Below, one piece after another: positions 42,369-51,411 of a stretch of 64,000 nt of DNA. The stretch spans positions 1 through 64,000 of IMG/VR virus record IMGVR_UViG_3300035698_011578; one strand, 5' to 3'. This DNA comes from a virus. Both the position numbers and the translations under genes were made by a program. Numbering within the stretch: position 1 is the stretch's first letter; every line of letters begins with the position of its first letter. The notes under the pieces were generated by a model, which made no database searches, had not been told where the DNA came from, and saw nothing but the letters and a program-made list of their open reading frames with translations.

Positions 42369-43364
42369 ATGAAGAAATATCATTATGTTTATAGATTAGA
42401 AAACATAGATAATAATAAATATTATATTGGTTGTCGAAGCTGTAGCTGTGATCCCAAGTCCGATAACTATTTTAGCTCATCTAAGTTAGTGAAGAAACTC
42501 ATTAAGAACGGGAATATTTTCAATAAGACGATATTGAAAGTTTTCAATAATAGAGAAGATGCTATATTATATGAGATGTTTTTACATGAAAAATATAATG
42601 TATCTTTAAATAAAAATTTTTATAATAAAGTTAAACAAACTAGTAAGTTCTTTGACACAAGTGGGTTATTATTTATAGATGGTGAGGCAGTAACATTAGA
42701 AGATTATTATAAAAATGATTCTCTAAAATACCACACAACCGATAAAGTTTCGGTTAAAAATACTAATGGTGAGACATTACAGATTGATAAAAATGATGAT
42801 AGATATATTAATGGTGAGTTAAAACATGTATCATCTGGGAGCATGGCAGTGTATCAAGATGGTAGAATTCATTATATAACTACCAAAGAATATTATAAAA
42901 ATAAAAATAAATTCACACCTACTAACCTCAACAAGGTTGCAGTAAGGGATAAAGATAAAACATTTCTAATAGATAAAAACGATGAGAGATTTATTAATGG
43001 TGATTTGAAATCTGTACACCACGGGAAGGTTTTATGCAAGGACATAAACGGAAATATTCTATATGTTACAAAAAAATATTTCTTAGAAAATAAATTAGTA
43101 GGGATAAACAAAGATAATATAAGTGGAAACAATAACCCAAATTCTAAAAAAATTGGAATATTTAATAATTTTGATGAGTTAATTTTTCTATGCGATGGTA
43201 ACTTTGAAAAAATATGCAATGATAATGATTTACCATATAGTACACTAAAAAAATCCTATATAAAAAATGGTAAAAAAATTTATAATAGTAAAAGAGGAAA
43301 AACTGAAGCTATGAATAGAAATAACGAAAAATATATTAATTGGTATGCGAAAATACTAATTTAA
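42369..43364 (+). CDS. GIY-YIG homing endonuclease (Seg-like)
   Basis: YVYR..N..KYYIG.R, Y.SSS, A..YE, FYN; repeated DK.D.R.ING.L. Confidence 0.85.
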   Translation: MKKYHYVYRLENIDNNKYYIGCRSCSCDPKSDNYFSSSKLVKKLIKNGNIFNKTILKVFNNREDAILYEMFLHEKYNVSLNKNFYNKVKQTSKFFDTSGLLFIDGEAVTLEDYYKNDSLKYHTTDKVSVKNTNGETLQIDKNDDRYINGELKHVSSGSMAVYQDGRIHYITTKEYYKNKNKFTPTNLNKVAVRDKDKTFLIDKNDERFINGDLKSVHHGKVLCKDINGNILYVTKKYFLENKLVGINKDNISGNNNPNSKKIGIFNNFDELIFLCDGNFEKICNDNDLPYSTLKKSYIKNGKKIYNSKRGKTEAMNRNNEKYINWYAKILI

Positions 43365-43784
43365 TTCTTTTAAATAATTTAAGTTTCTTTTAATTTTCTT
43401 CTTTCTTATAAGATTTTTAAATTCAATTAACATAGGTAAAGGGATATCAATATCTCTGTTCTTGAATTCTCCTAATATTTCTTCTTCTGTAAAACACCAT
43501 TCGACAATTCCATCACTCCATTGGTCTAACCACAAACCCCATCCTTTTTTACCAATCAATACAGATTTTACAATGTTTGGGTGTCTGGTGATTATTTCAC
43601 TATTCTTGTAACGACCATCTTCATATAATCTGAAACATTCTTTACAGTCTAAACCATTCACATCATATGTTACATCAGTTGAAGTTCCACAGAAATCAAT
43701 TAACCCTCTTCTATTTAGAAGGAAGAAAAAATCGAACATTCTATTAAAATTCTCGGAATATTTTTTAACCTTTTTATTTTTCAT
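43356..43784 (-). CDS. Hypothetical protein
   Basis: ORF. Confidence 0.65.
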   Translation of the reverse strand: MKNKKVKKYSENFNRMFDFFFLLNRRGLIDFCGTSTDVTYDVNGLDCKECFRLYEDGRYKNSEIITRHPNIVKSVLIGKKGWGLWLDQWSDGIVEWCFTEEEILGEFKNRDIDIPLPMLIEFKNLIRKKKIKRNLNYLKELN

Positions 43785-43785
43785 A

Positions 43786-43989
43786 TTATTTACCTTTTAC
43801 AGTTTTCATTGATTTTTCAACTTGCTTTCTTCTTGTTGCAATTCTTTGTAGTTCTTTCTCCACAAATTTTCTAATCTCCATATATTTACCAACTTTACAA
43901 CCTTTCATTATTAAGATTGAAGTCATCGCGGCTAGTGACATTTGCTTAGAATAAAGCCCCTCTATTAATTTAACCCATTTTTCTTCCAT
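43786..43989 (-). CDS. Hypothetical protein
   Basis: ORF. Confidence 0.55.
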   Translation of the reverse strand: MEEKWVKLIEGLYSKQMSLAAMTSILIMKGCKVGKYMEIRKFVEKELQRIATRRKQVEKSMKTVKGK

Positions 43990-44056
43990 GATATTTAAGT
44001 TTTATAAAGATACGGAATATTATTTAATATTCAATAACTTTTGTTAATTTTTGCTT

Positions 44057-45109
44057 TCATAAAGATAAGGAATACACCTCTTCTTTATCTAATATTAGTT
44101 TGAAGTTATACCCGTTCTCTTTGTATGACTTAATTTTATCCAACATATTCTGTTCATCATAAGTCCAAGAACTTTTTATTTCGACTAACTCATTTGTGTC
44201 TACTAAATAAAAGTCTGGTATAGAAGTTCTTTCGGTTTTTATATTTGTGTCGAAATATTGTATTCTTAAACTTTCAACTTCATATTTTATTTTACCATCA
44301 TCTAACAACTTAGCATATTCTAATTCATAAGAACTTCTTAACCAATATTTTTTACCTTCCCAACTAACATGATAGCAAGATTTATATGGATATATCGGTG
44401 TGTCAGAGAATGATTGTCTTCCTTTTTTAATAGCCAATCTACCACTCTCACTATTGTTTCTAGTTTTTATGTTTAGTCGTTTAAATAACATATATACTGT
44501 CTGGTAGTTAATATTATATTTTTCTCCTATTTCAACCATTGAATCAGTTTTATATTCATTTTTCAATTTCATAACTATTCTATAATACTCATCATAAAAA
44601 TATATAGTACCAACTTTTGTTAAATTAAAGCCAAATTTAATGAAGCTTTTTGATCCACCTTTATACCAAAATTTACACATATCTGGGTAAATACATTCTT
44701 CTTGACCACATATTTTGCAAATTTTCTTTTGACATTTACAACATTTACTATTATTTATACTAGCATTTAATTTTATTTTCATATCAACTCCACACTTTTT
44801 ACATTTAGATTGTTTAAAACAATCTCTATTCACAAAACTTTGAGAGTATTTTGATGAACAACTTTTACAACAACATTTCCTATACTTATCTTTATTATAC
44901 ATATTCTCGCTAAGTCCTAATTCATATATTTTATTACAATATAAACATGTAATTTCATAAATTTTACAATTTAACTTTTTTGTTTCACTTCTTTTCTCTT
45001 TTATTTTTAGTTTTTTAGGATTCATATCACAATTTGTGAGATGTGCACCAAATTGTTGATGTTTTACATATTCAATTTCACTATTACAATGTTTACATGT
45101 TTTTTTCAT
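44057..45109 (-). CDS. Cys-rich protein with C-terminal PD-(D/E)xK (TnsA-like) endonuclease; probable homing endonuclease
   Basis: Many CxxC; RSSYE..YE..Y..PDF..VEIKS. Confidence 0.75.
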   Translation of the reverse strand: MKKTCKHCNSEIEYVKHQQFGAHLTNCDMNPKKLKIKEKRSETKKLNCKIYEITCLYCNKIYELGLSENMYNKDKYRKCCCKSCSSKYSQSFVNRDCFKQSKCKKCGVDMKIKLNASINNSKCCKCQKKICKICGQEECIYPDMCKFWYKGGSKSFIKFGFNLTKVGTIYFYDEYYRIVMKLKNEYKTDSMVEIGEKYNINYQTVYMLFKRLNIKTRNNSESGRLAIKKGRQSFSDTPIYPYKSCYHVSWEGKKYWLRSSYELEYAKLLDDGKIKYEVESLRIQYFDTNIKTERTSIPDFYLVDTNELVEIKSSWTYDEQNMLDKIKSYKENGYNFKLILDKEEVYSLSL

Positions 45110-45177
45110 ACTTTATATATTAAAATATCAAAGCGTTAAAATTGAAACGAACCAGTATTTTTCGTTTTAGTTTAGAG

Positions 45178-45248
45178 AGCAGGATACCTTAATCGAAAAG
45201 GCGACTCAATATTGGAAGTATCGTATGTTACCACTACACCAATCCTGC
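45178..45248 (-). tRNA. tRNA-Gly(TCC)
   Basis: GCAGGAT/ATCCTGC acceptor, CGATA-CT TCC AA-TATTG, TTCGATT loop. Confidence 0.9.
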
Positions 45249-45256
45249 ATTTTTTG

Positions 45257-45328
45257 AGCAGTAAGGGAATTATGATATCCCGACCTCGACCTTGGCAAGG
45301 TCGCACTCTTCCTCTGAGCTATTACTGC
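45257..45328 (-). tRNA. tRNA-Gly(GCC), atypical T-loop
   Basis: GCAGTAA/TTACTGC acceptor, CGACC-TT GCC AA-GGTCG, T-loop ATCATAA. Confidence 0.88.
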
Positions 45329-45342
45329 AATTTATTGTGTTA

Positions 45343-45370
45343 TGGCGCAGAGAGGAATCGAACCTCAACA
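45343..45370 (-). pseudogene. tRNA 3'-half remnant
   Basis: GAGG-TTCGATT-CCTC-T-CTGCGCCA with no matching 5' acceptor strand. Confidence 0.55.
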
Positions 45371-45414
45371 CACTCACATTTCTTAGTAGAGAAGTCAAAA
45401 AACGAACCCTCTAG

Positions 45415-45490
45415 TGGAAGCGATGGGAATCGAACCCACCAAACAATCTGGTTGCAAACCAAATTCGCCAGCCTTGGAACATGCGCCCCC
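45415..45490 (-). tRNA. tRNA-Cys(GCA)
   Basis: GGGGGCG/CGCTTCC acceptor, TTTGG-TT GCA A-CCAGA, GGTTCGATTCC. Confidence 0.85.
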
Positions 45491-45500
45491 GTTTTATTAG

Positions 45501-45577
45501 TTGGTGAAGAGGGACTCGAACCCTCATGTGACCAATTACCATTTCAACACGATATAAGCGTGAGTGGATATTCACCA
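45501..45577 (-). tRNA. Non-canonical D-armless tRNA-like gene, anticodon TAT (Ile)
   Basis: TGGTGAA/TTCACCA acceptor, 7-8 nt linker, CACG-CT TAT AT-CGTG, ~21-nt extra region, canonical T-arm. Confidence 0.6.
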
Positions 45578-45579
45578 AT

Positions 45580-45617
45580 AAAAAAAAGCAGTCACTTTTT
45601 GAAAGTGACTGCTTTTT
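45580..45617 (-). terminator. Attenuator terminator upstream of the Ile/Cys/Gly/Gly tRNA operon
   Basis: AAAAAGCAGTCACTTT-CAA-AAAGTGACTGC-TTTTTTTT ending 2 nt before the first tRNA. Confidence 0.85.
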
Positions 45618-45640
45618 AATTTTTTAATATTTCTGAGATA

Positions 45641-45721
45641 TTAAATAACATAATTCAGCCACCCGAAGTTCCCTCCTGCTATACCGTTGCCGTTTGCCGC
45701 TATGTTATTAATTGTTCTCAT
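45641..45721 (-). CDS. Gly-rich attenuator leader peptide MRTINNIAANGNGIAGGNFGWLNYVI
   Basis: 26 codons incl. GGC, GGT, GGA, GGG, GGG; GGGTGGCTG complementary to the terminator 5' arm. Confidence 0.78.
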   Translation of the reverse strand: MRTINNIAANGNGIAGGNFGWLNYVI

Positions 45722-45799
45722 TGTTATAATTTTTCTTTTTACTGTTGTTATATATTAAAGTTTTATTCTCTCTTTTGTTGTTTTTCGTATTATCTTATG

Positions 45800-45831
45800 C
45801 AAATATAAGGCAAAAGTTTTAATTATCCAAA
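45800..45831 (-). promoter_or_regulatory. Bacteroidota-type promoter for the Gly tRNA operon (late TAATATATA box also at ~45749-45758)
   Basis: TTTG 45828-31, 20-nt spacer, TATATTTG 45800-07. Confidence 0.7.
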
Positions 45832-46803
45832 TTTATTTACACTTTTCTTCATAATTTTAAAATAATCTGATATAGTTTTTTCATAACTTTCCCTCTCTTT
45901 GTAATTCTCAACAATATAATTGTAGTTGTCTTTCAATTCTAATACACCGTTAATAACATTATCTATCCTAATACTAGGAACATTTTTCAAGAAACACATC
46001 CTATTAAAATCATTAATCATCACACCATTACCATTAACCAATTCAGGTAATCCACCAGATGATGTGTATAGAATAGGTAACTTACATTTAACTGCTTGAC
46101 AAGTTACTTTAGAACCAGCATCTCTAAAAAATGGTGAGATGAATGCATCACACATACTAATAAGATTACACATCTCTGTCCTATCATCTATATAACCATA
46201 TTTGATTATATTTTCAGGTAGTTCTTCAATATCACACTCACCTATCAGATAAAATAAATCATTGTCAAATATTTTTGACATGGCTATAATAGTTGATAAA
46301 CGTTTACCCTCTCTCTCCCAATTACTACAAGAACTAATCCATTTAAACACCTGATTAGATTCCTTTTTATCCGGATTATAATCTTCAGAATTATTTAATA
46401 TGACAATATCATTATCATATTCTACATCATAAAGTTCTTTAAGTGTGTTCTTTGAATAATTTGATATAAATATAACAAAATCTGATTGATAACCGGCATC
46501 TATATGTAACTTATTTTTATAATCGAATTCTTTTCTCCAATAAATACCATCCATTCTTTTAACTTTGGGTATATTATTCAATTCAGACCACTCTAATACT
46601 TCTTTAGAATAAAATGTGTTTGTTATAATAATATCTGCTAATTTGTAATCAGATACACGATTAAACCCATAATTACCTGCATACCTACACAAGTCGTGCA
46701 TTATATCATTTTCTTTAGGCCCGAAAGATTTGACACTATGAAGTGTATTACTTACTCTATTATTTGAGCAATCATAATAATTTTTAAGCATTTCTCTTTT
46801 CAT
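45823..46803 (-). CDS. Glycosyltransferase family 4 (GT-B)
   Basis: RMDG, IFISNYSK, K R, CDAFI, GSKV..QA..C.LPIL...GGLPELV. Confidence 0.85.
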   Translation of the reverse strand: MKREMLKNYYDCSNNRVSNTLHSVKSFGPKENDIMHDLCRYAGNYGFNRVSDYKLADIIITNTFYSKEVLEWSELNNIPKVKRMDGIYWRKEFDYKNKLHIDAGYQSDFVIFISNYSKNTLKELYDVEYDNDIVILNNSEDYNPDKKESNQVFKWISSCSNWEREGKRLSTIIAMSKIFDNDLFYLIGECDIEELPENIIKYGYIDDRTEMCNLISMCDAFISPFFRDAGSKVTCQAVKCKLPILYTSSGGLPELVNGNGVMINDFNRMCFLKNVPSIRIDNVINGVLELKDNYNYIVENYKERESYEKTISDYFKIMKKSVNKFG

Positions 46804-47557
46804 TTACCCACCAATCTGTTTTAATTTTCAACATAGTATCATCATCTTCGAAGTGTAATATCCAACCTTCTTTATTCTCTACATCCTTCTTCAATTCCAA
46901 TATATCAGTTAATGAGTATGAATATTCATTAACAATTGGAACCTCATCTATATCTTTAATATCTAAGTACTTACCAGTTTTATTACATCTCAATTTAAGA
47001 AGAACCATATCCTCATAATCATACTCAACATATAATTTCTCACCTATTAATTCGAATATTGGTTGTTTATTTTGTAATAAGCAAGATTCTATAAATTTAT
47101 AATATTTAGGATTTTCTAAATATTTATTACCAGAAACATTTGTTTTAGTATAGAATCCCTTTTTTGTCTGTGATGTAATACTACCATCAGGTAACATGAT
47201 GAAAGTTAATAAGAAACCATCTAACTTTTCAGTTATATTTTTAATTGGTTTATCTATAAATTTATCCAGTACACAATGTTTATATTGATCTAATTCCCAG
47301 AATTTGCTTAACATTAAATTTCTACGAAATAAAGAACCATCATCATTAAATGTGAAGGATAGCCCTTTTAGTTCAAGTGCATTAATATTTGGTTTATCTA
47401 TAATAGGTAATTTGAAATTATTATAAGTGGCATGTCTATAACCGAATATAGATAAATCATAACTATTTATTATGAAATTACTTTCATAGAAATACATCTT
47501 AGGATTAGATTCAATTATTTCTAAACATTCTGTATATTCTGGTAGGTAAAAACTCAT
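46784..47557 (-). CDS. RNA ligase 1 (T4 Rnl1-like)
   Basis: ELKGL, KFW, EKLDG, FEL, EGW, LKIKTDWW. Confidence 0.8.
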   Translation of the reverse strand: MSFYLPEYTECLEIIESNPKMYFYESNFIINSYDLSIFGYRHATYNNFKLPIIDKPNINALELKGLSFTFNDDGSLFRRNLMLSKFWELDQYKHCVLDKFIDKPIKNITEKLDGFLLTFIMLPDGSITSQTKKGFYTKTNVSGNKYLENPKYYKFIESCLLQNKQPIFELIGEKLYVEYDYEDMVLLKLRCNKTGKYLDIKDIDEVPIVNEYSYSLTDILELKKDVENKEGWILHFEDDDTMLKIKTDWWVNEKRNA

Positions 47558-47593
47558 TTATATTTTATTGATAAAAACTAAATTTGTTTACTA

Positions 47594-49057
47594 CTAAAAG
47601 TTGTAACCACCATAATTATCATCTGATATCTCGTCCTGACTATAGTATTCATTCGATCCTATACCTCTACTTAAATCATATAACTCGGTTATACTTAAAC
47701 CATAATTACCAAGATATTGATTTAATTCTTTTTCACCAATATAAGAATCATTTCTTCTGTGTGCCGTATTATATCTACCGCCATCATAAATTGTTAAACC
47801 AATTTTTCCCTCTACTGATGTTGCTGGCATTTCAGCATTAATTATTACTAATTGTATATTGTCATTACCAATATAATCCATCCAATATGATAGACTGTCT
47901 TTTATACACCAACTTGTATCACCTGCGAAATTAGATAGTGATTCATAAGAAAGAACTCTAACTACAATTAATTCACCGTCATCAAATACTAATTTTAACT
48001 GAGAATCATTATTGATGGTTGATCTAAGATTTTCTACTCCGGTATCACTAAATACAAATGATATTAATGAATCTATTAAGTCCTGTTGTGTTTTATATCT
48101 AGATACTTTTTTTAACCAAAACTTACTATAAAGTGCTAATTTTTCTTCATCATCTACTAAGGTCTTAATAGCTTCGATAAAATCTTCTTTTTTATTTAAC
48201 CCTCTTTTAATAGAACCAGGGTATTCATCTGAGAATATTTTAGCCATCTGTGCTTCTTCAATTATTGTTAAATCATCAGATAATTTCTCAAAATGTGTTG
48301 AATATGTCCTACCATCTTTAGCCGTGAATGATTGCTTTGTTCTGGACCTAGTCATATAATTAACTACACTGGTTTCTAATCTATCCAAGATATCATCATT
48401 ACTTTGTATGCGTTTATATAAATTCTTTATTCTCTGAAAAGGGATTTCCTCTATTTTATTAAAAAATGTAAATACACCTAAATATCCAGGATTATCTCTT
48501 AATAGATTTCTTAATCTAATATAAGTCTTATCAGTCTCATCCTCTTTTAAATGTCTTAAAATACGTCTAGCCTGATCTCTATTTTCATAAACATATGATT
48601 TATAATCACTTATCGTGAAATTCTCATTTATGAATTTTCTTACTCTTCCAAGCAATAGAAATTTATTATCCTCTAATAAAATATCACATTCCTTATCCAG
48701 TTGTTCTCTAGTCATTGAGTAATATGAACTAGGCATATCATATTTAAAGTTTAATTGCTCCTTAATATCATTTAACATATGATTATAAGTACGTTCTCTT
48801 TTTGGGTTACCATTTATTAGATTTCTAACAAAATTACCAAACCTATTATCACCCAATTCTAGGAATGCTTCATACACTAATTTTAAAAGATTATTAGATG
48901 AATATACTTCACTATTATCTAGGATAAAGTCATTTAATTCAAATACTACCTCATCTGTTATATTCAATTTTCTATATCTTTTTTCTAATAAAGAAGCCAA
49001 TGGTTTATTATTAGAGTAACATTCATCTATTTTCAATTTTAATAATTCTTCGTACAT
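47594..49057 (-). CDS. Hypothetical protein with TSWCI (PcfJ-like) C-terminal motif
   Basis: Likely start MYEELL at 49057. Confidence 0.65.
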   Translation of the reverse strand: MYEELLKLKIDECYSNNKPLASLLEKRYRKLNITDEVVFELNDFILDNSEVYSSNNLLKLVYEAFLELGDNRFGNFVRNLINGNPKRERTYNHMLNDIKEQLNFKYDMPSSYYSMTREQLDKECDILLEDNKFLLLGRVRKFINENFTISDYKSYVYENRDQARRILRHLKEDETDKTYIRLRNLLRDNPGYLGVFTFFNKIEEIPFQRIKNLYKRIQSNDDILDRLETSVVNYMTRSRTKQSFTAKDGRTYSTHFEKLSDDLTIIEEAQMAKIFSDEYPGSIKRGLNKKEDFIEAIKTLVDDEEKLALYSKFWLKKVSRYKTQQDLIDSLISFVFSDTGVENLRSTINNDSQLKLVFDDGELIVVRVLSYESLSNFAGDTSWCIKDSLSYWMDYIGNDNIQLVIINAEMPATSVEGKIGLTIYDGGRYNTAHRRNDSYIGEKELNQYLGNYGLSITELYDLSRGIGSNEYYSQDEISDDNYGGYNF

Positions 49058-49106
49058 AAAACAAAATTTATATTTAATACTATATATTAAAAAACAATTC
49101 CAAAAA

Positions 49107-49505
49107 ATGGATACGCTAATAAATGAACTGATTATTGATAAATATTTTGGCATCTATAATAGAAATGGATTTGAATATATTGTAAATAAAAACGAGAATA
49201 AAGATTTCAAGATTTATCTATTAGACTTTAATAGTGTTAAGAAAATGAATATTGAACTTGGTTATCTCTCCGTGAATAATATATTCAAGAATGCGTTATC
49301 TGAGTTAAAGAATGATTATACAATAGGTCGTGCTTTCTCCGGTGATGAGATATTTTTCCTAACTGAAAGATTAGATGATGATATAAATAAAATTGAAACC
49401 ATTTGTAATAAAAATGGATTATATTTTGAATACATTGAATTTATTAATGATGGCGAAGATGAGTTGGAGGTTCTTTTAGAAAAAATGATAGACGATTTTA
49501 AATGA
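49107..49505 (+). CDS. Standalone GGDEF-like domain protein
   Basis: D..FGIYNR, LLDFNSVKKMNIELGY, GRAFSGDEI. Confidence 0.7.
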   Translation: MDTLINELIIDKYFGIYNRNGFEYIVNKNENKDFKIYLLDFNSVKKMNIELGYLSVNNIFKNALSELKNDYTIGRAFSGDEIFFLTERLDDDINKIETICNKNGLYFEYIEFINDGEDELEVLLEKMIDDFK

Positions 49506-50131
49506 TAGACAAATTAGAAAATATTGGATTTTATACTCTATATAATGATAGAGCTAAAAATGTATCAGAATCATCACAGATGAAAAGATGCGAAATGATA
49601 ATTACTGAATACTGTAATTTTAATTGCCCGTATTGTCGTGGATTATCGGAAGAGGTTTACGGTGATCGCAAATTCAAACAATTATCATTAGATGAGATTA
49701 AGAAAAATATAGATTATTGGTGTGAGAATACCCCACTTGAGAATATAAGATTTTCTGGCGGTGAACCAACAATGCATAAAGATTTGAAAGAAATAGTAGA
49801 ATATGCAAAAGAAAGTGGTATAGAAAGAATAGCCGTATCAACAAATGGTTCTAAAGATTATGAGTTATATGATGAACTAATTGAAGCAGGTGTTAATGAT
49901 TTTTCAATATCATTAGATGCTTGTTGTGCCGAAGATGGTGATAAACTAGCTGGTGATAAAAAGGGCTCGTGGGAAATAGTAGTTGAAAATATTAGAAAAT
50001 TATCAAGTAGAACTTATGTTACTGTTGGTGTAGTATTATCACCTGAAAATGTAGATAAAACTTTAGAAACTATTAGATTTGCACACGACTTAGGTGTTTC
50101 TGATATAAGAATAATATCAGTGGCACAGTAA
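49502..50131 (+). CDS. Radical SAM protein, N-terminal part
   Basis: CNFNCPYC, FSGGEPT, STNG, ISLD; ends abruptly IRIISVAQ*. Confidence 0.88.
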   Translation: MIDKLENIGFYTLYNDRAKNVSESSQMKRCEMIITEYCNFNCPYCRGLSEEVYGDRKFKQLSLDEIKKNIDYWCENTPLENIRFSGGEPTMHKDLKEIVEYAKESGIERIAVSTNGSKDYELYDELIEAGVNDFSISLDACCAEDGDKLAGDKKGSWEIVVENIRKLSSRTYVTVGVVLSPENVDKTLETIRFAHDLGVSDIRIISVAQ

Positions 50132-50163
50132 CTTTTTTAATATATAAAATAAAAAGTTTTAAA

Positions 50164-51018
50164 ATGTTAGAGAGTAAATTAGGTATTTATGCTATAATCA
50201 ATATTATAAATGGTAAAAAATATATCGGTGGTACATCAAATTTAAGAATTAGAAAAAGCGCACATTTCAGAGAATTATCAAAAGGTATACATCATTGTAA
50301 TCATTTACAAAAATCATATAATAAATATGGTGTTGATAATTTCAAATGGGTAATAATTGAATATCTTGAAGAATATGAGAATAGAGAGGTTTTGAAAAAA
50401 AATCTTTTAGAAAAAGAACAACATTGGATCGATAAGCATATCAATGATAAAGAGCTATTATATAATACTTGTTTGGTGGCTGGTAGTTGTTTAGGTATTA
50501 AATTAAGTAATGTTCATAAAAGAAAAATTAGTGAAGCCATGATGGGTGAAAATAACCCATGTTATGGTAAGAAATATACTGATGAGGAGAAGGAAATATT
50601 AAGACAATATTCTTTAAATATGTCTGATGAAGCTAGACAAAAAATAAGCGAATCTAGTAAAGGAAATAAATATAGACTTGGTTCAAAACACTCAGAAGAA
50701 ACTAAAAAAAAGATAAGTGAGTCAAATAAAGGCAAACATGGTGGTAAGAGATCAGAAGAAACTAAGAAAAAAATTAGCGAAGCCAGTAAAGGTAGAATTT
50801 TTTCAGAAGAAACTCTTAAAAAGAAAAGCGATTCAATGAAAGGTAAAAACACAGATCCAGATAAAGTTAGAGCAAATAAAACATTTAAGAAACTGAAAAA
50901 AATATTTAAAACTGAAAAATGTATTACACAAAAAGATTTAACCAAAGCTTCTGGTATGTCACTATCAACAATTAAAAAATACTGGAAGCATATTAAAAAC
51001 AATGAAATTAATTATTAA
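50164..51018 (+). CDS. GIY-YIG homing endonuclease with NUMOD3-type repeats
   Basis: GIYAIIN..NGKKYIG, R...H, LQ...NKYG, EQ, YN; HSEETKKKISE repeats. Confidence 0.92.
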   Translation: MLESKLGIYAIINIINGKKYIGGTSNLRIRKSAHFRELSKGIHHCNHLQKSYNKYGVDNFKWVIIEYLEEYENREVLKKNLLEKEQHWIDKHINDKELLYNTCLVAGSCLGIKLSNVHKRKISEAMMGENNPCYGKKYTDEEKEILRQYSLNMSDEARQKISESSKGNKYRLGSKHSEETKKKISESNKGKHGGKRSEETKKKISEASKGRIFSEETLKKKSDSMKGKNTDPDKVRANKTFKKLKKIFKTEKCITQKDLTKASGMSLSTIKKYWKHIKNNEINY

Positions 51019-51021
51019 ATT

Positions 51022-51411
51022 ATGGAAAAAGAACAAATTGAAGAAATAATGAGGGTGAAAATATCTCAAATTGAACAAGAAATATTAGATGCACACCCAA
51101 TATTGGCTTATCGGGTTAAAAATATATTAGAAGGTAAATCAGTTAGAGGTATACAAGATGATGATTCTGAAAAATGTACTTTAGTTTTAGATGATAGTGT
51201 AATCGCAGGTGATTATCATTACCCATGTGTTATTTATATGAGAGAAGGTGGAGAACCAATTGGTAAGGTTAGTGGTGATATGAGAGAAGAAAGAGCTGAG
51301 TGGTTTAACAATCATAACACACATATAGATAAAATCTGTAGTAAAAACTGCTTAGATATCTGCATAGATTATAACAACAAATGCGAATCATATAAAAATG
51401 AGACTATTTAA
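51022..51411 (+). CDS. Radical SAM protein, C-terminal Cys-rich (SPASM/twitch-like) part
   Basis: C..LVLDD..YPC..PIG ... ICSKNCLDIC..YN. Confidence 0.7.
   Translation: MEKEQIEEIMRVKISQIEQEILDAHPILAYRVKNILEGKSVRGIQDDDSEKCTLVLDDSVIAGDYHYPCVIYMREGGEPIGKVSGDMREERAEWFNNHNTHIDKICSKNCLDICIDYNNKCESYKNETI

Noticed and set aside
45212-45619. 135-aa ORF (also 52793..52990 and 53080..53262)
   Set aside because: Antisense to or overlapping tRNA genes; spurious.
50132-51021. Group I intron around the GIY-YIG gene
   Set aside because: Only 32 nt and 3 nt of non-coding flank, with no recognisable ribozyme core.
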